Translations under genes and position numbers: made by a program
Shown: one piece after another, positions 60,701 to 64,000 of the stretch
How the letters are laid out: each line of letters begins with the position of its first letter
Numbering within the stretch: the stretch's first letter is position 1
The notes under the pieces: generated by a model
What the model was told of the DNA's origin: nothing
What the model saw: only the letters and a program-made list of their open reading frames with translations
Databases searched by the model: none
NCBI RefSeq assembly: GCF_030028105.1
Contig: NC_092382.1
Coordinates: forward strand, 100,766,699-100,830,698
Direction of reading: 5' to 3'
Origin: Mobula birostris
Taxonomy: Eukaryota
DNA length: 64,000 nucleotides

Positions 60701-63700
60701 CCACTACAGGAAACATCCTCTCCGCATCCACTCTATCTGTGCCCTCTGATACCAGAATCCCGCACTACAGGAAACATCCTCTCCACATCCAATCTATCTG
60801 CGTCCTCTGGTCCTAGATACCCCCACTACAGGAAATATCCTCTCCAAATCCACTCTACCTGTGTCCTCTGGTCTTAGACTCCCCCCACTACAGTAAACAT
60901 CCTCTCCGCATCCACTCTATCAGTGCCCTCTGATACCAGACTCCCGCACTACAGGAAACATCCTCTCGGCATCCACTCTACCTTTGTCCTCTGGTCCGAG
61001 ACTCCTCCACTGCAGGAAACATCCTCTCCGCATCCACTCTATCTGTGTCCTCTGGTCCGAGACTCCCCCACTACAGGAAACATCCTCTCCACATCCACTC
61101 TATCTGAGTTTTCTGGTCCTAAACTCCCCCCAACTATAGGAAACATCCTCTCCACATCCACTCTATCTGTGTCCTCTGGTCCTAGACTCCCCCCCACTAT
61201 AGGAAACATCCTCTCCACATCCACTCTATCTGTGTCCTCTGGTCCTAGACTCCCCCCCACTATAGGAAACGTCGTCTCCACATCCACTCTATCTGCGTCC
61301 TCTGGTCCTAGACTCCCCACTACAGGAAACATCCTCTCCGGATCCACTCTATCTTTGCCCTCTGATACCAGAATCCCCCACTACAGGAAACATCCTCTCC
61401 ACATCCAATCTATCTGCGTCCTCTGGTCCTAGATTCCCCCACTACAGGAACCATCCTCTGCACATCCACTCTATCTGTGTCCGCTGGTCCTAGATTCCAC
61501 CACTATAGGAACCATCCTCTCCAAATCCATACTAACTGTGTCCTCTGGACCTAGCCTCCCCCACCATAGGAAACATCCTCTCCACATCTACTCTATCTGT
61601 GTCCTCTGGTCCCAGACTCCCCCACTACAAGAAACATCCTCTCCACATCCAATCTATCTGTGTCCTCTGGTCCTAGACTTCTCCGACTACAGGAAACATC
61701 CTCTCCACATCTACTCTATCTGTGTCCTCTGGACCTAGACTCCCCCACTACAGGAAACATCCCCTCCACATCCACTCTATCTGTGTCCTCTGGTCCTAGA
61801 CTCCCCCACCGTAGTAAACATACTCTCCACGTCCTCTCCAACTGTGTCCTTTGGTCCTAGATTCCCCACTACAGTAAACATCCTCTCCACATCCACACCA
61901 TCTGTGTCCTCTGGTCCTAGACTCCCACACTACAGGAAACGACGTCTCCACATCCACTCTATCTGTGTCCTCTGGTCCTAGACTCCCTCACTACAGGAAA
62001 CATCGTCTCCACATCCCCTCTATCTGTGTCCTCTGGTCCTAGACTCCCCCACCACAGGAAACATCCTCTCCGCATCCACTCTAACTGTGCCCTCTGATAC
62101 CAGAATCCCCCACTACAGGAAACATCCTCTCCACATCCAATCTATCTGCGTCCTCTGGTCCTAGATTCCCGCCCTACAGGAAATATCCTCTCCAAATCCA
62201 CTCTACCTGTGTCCTCTGGTCTTAGACTCCCCCCACTACAGTAAACATCCTCTCCGCATCCACTCTACCTTTGTCCTCTGGTCCGAGACTCCTCCACTAC
62301 AGGAAACATCCTCTCCGCATCCACTCTATCTGAGTTTTCTGGTCCTAAACTCCCCCCAACTATAGGAAACATCCTCTCCACATCCACTCTATCTGTGTCC
62401 TCTGGTCCTAGACTCCCCCCCACTATAGGAAACATCCTCTCCACATCCACTCTATCTGGGTCCTCTGGTCCTAGACTACCCACAATAGGAAACATCCTCT
62501 CCACATCCACTCTATATGTGTCCTCTGGTCCTAGACTCCCCTCCACTACAGGAAGCAACCTCTCCACATCCACTCTATCTGTGTCCTCTTGTCCTAGATT
62601 CCCGCACTACAGTAAACATCCTCTCCACATCCACTCCATCTGTGTCCTGTAGTCCTAGATTCCACCACTATAGGAACCATCCTCTCCAAATACATACTAA
62701 CTGTGTCCTCTGGACCTAGCCTCCCCCACCATAGGAAACATCCTCTCCACATCTACTCTATCTGTGTCCTCTGGTCCCAGACTCCCCCACTACAAGAAAC
62801 ATCCTCTCCACATCCAATCTATCTGTGTCCTCTGGTCCTAGACTTCCCCAACTACAGGAAACATCCTCCCCACATCCACTCTATCTGTGTCCAATGGACC
62901 TAGACTCCCCCACTACAGGAAACATCCCCTCCACATCCACTCCATCTGTGTCCTCTGGTCCCAGACTCCCCTACTGCATGAAACATCCTCTCCACATCCA
63001 ATCTATCTGTGTCCTCTGGTCCTAGACTCCGCCAACTACAGGAAACATCCTCTCCACATCCACTCTATCTGTGTCCTCTGGTCCTAGACTCCCCCACCAT
63101 AGCAAATATCCTCTCCACGTCCTCTCTAACTGTGTCCTTTGGTCCTAGATTCCCCACTACAGTAAACATCCTCTCCACATCCACACCATCTGTGTCCTCT
63201 GGTCCTAGACTCCCCCACTACAGGAAACGTCGTCTCCACATCAACTCTATCTGTGTCCTCTGGTCCTAGACTCCCCCACTACTGGAAACATCGTCTCCAC
63301 ATCCCCTCTATCTGTGTCCTCTGTTCCTAGACTCCCCCACCACAGGAAACATCCCCTCTACATCCACTCTATCTGTGCCCTCTGGTCCTAGATTCCCCCA
63401 CTACATGAACCATGCTCTCCACATCCACTCTATCTGTGTCCTCTGGTCCTAGACTCCCCAACTACTGGAAAAATCGTCTCCACATCCCCTCTATCTGTGT
63501 TCTCTGGTCCTAGACTCCCCACTACAGGAAACATCCTCTCCGCATCCACTCTATCTGTGTCCGCTGGCCCTAGACTCCCCCACTACAGGAAACATCCCCT
63601 CTCATCCACTCTATCTGTGCCCTCTGATACAGAATCTGCCACTACAGGAAACATCATCTCCGCATCCTCTCTATCTGTGTCGTCTGGTCCGAGACTCCCC

Positions 63701-64000
63701 CAGTAGAGGAAACATCCTCTCCAAATCCACTCTACCTGTGTCCTCTGGTCTTAGACTCCCCCCACTACAGTAAACATCCTCTCCGCATCCACTCTATCTG
63801 TGTCCTCTGATACCAGACTCCCGCACTACAGGAAACATCCTCTCGGCATCCACTCTACCTTTGTCCTCTGGTCCGATACTCCCCCACTACAGGAAACATC
63901 CTCTCCACATCCACTCTATCTGAGTTTTCTGGTCCTAAACTCCCCCCAACTATAGGAAACATCCTCTCCACATCCACTCTATCTGTGTCCTCTGGTCCTA
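51755..64000. repeat. 61-bp satellite (~200 copies, runs off the window end) derived from a CR1 RT segment
   Basis: Unit CTATCTGTGTCCTCTGGTCCTAGACTCCCCCACTACAGGAAACATCCTCTCCACATCCACT. The reverse strand encodes DRVDVERMFPVVGESRTRGH, seen in dispersed CR1 copies in this window (e.g. DRVDVAKLFPMMGESSTRGH in ORF 32364-32786). Confidence 0.95.

Noticed and set aside
51755-64000. CRISPR array or protein-coding repeat
   Set aside because: These are head-to-tail monomers with no unique spacers, in a vertebrate context with no cas genes; the ORFs are frame-cycling artefacts of a 61-bp unit.

Overview
This is vertebrate genomic DNA, most likely from a cartilaginous fish (inferred from the CR1/L2/SINE repeat spectrum and the gene-segment sequences). 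It contains part of a T-cell receptor beta (TRB) locus on the minus strand. There are nine J segments at 4.2-15.3 kb: seven look intact, each with an FGxGTKLxVL motif, a 12-bp-spacer RSS and a GT donor, and two are defective. One V segment has an intact V exon and 23-bp RSS (42620-42924), but its leader is frameshifted by one base. Two V pseudogenes lie at about 22.1-22.4 kb and 49.8-50.1 kb. No D or C segment is visible; a 500-N gap lies where D is expected, and C should lie left of the window. A single intact 132-bp exon resembling PEX5 sits on the opposite strand among the V segments (45931-46062), next to a duplicated ETS/NRF1 promoter-like block. The rest is CR1, L2, RTE and L1 fragments, tRNA-derived SINEs, solo LTRs, a Tc1 relic and GA/CT low-complexity tracts. 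Two LINE-derived tandem arrays are present: a 70-bp array at the start, and a 61-bp satellite of more than 12 kb with higher-order repeats at the end. Almost all ORFs in the supplied track are repeat artefacts. All homology calls are from memory of the families, not from database searches.
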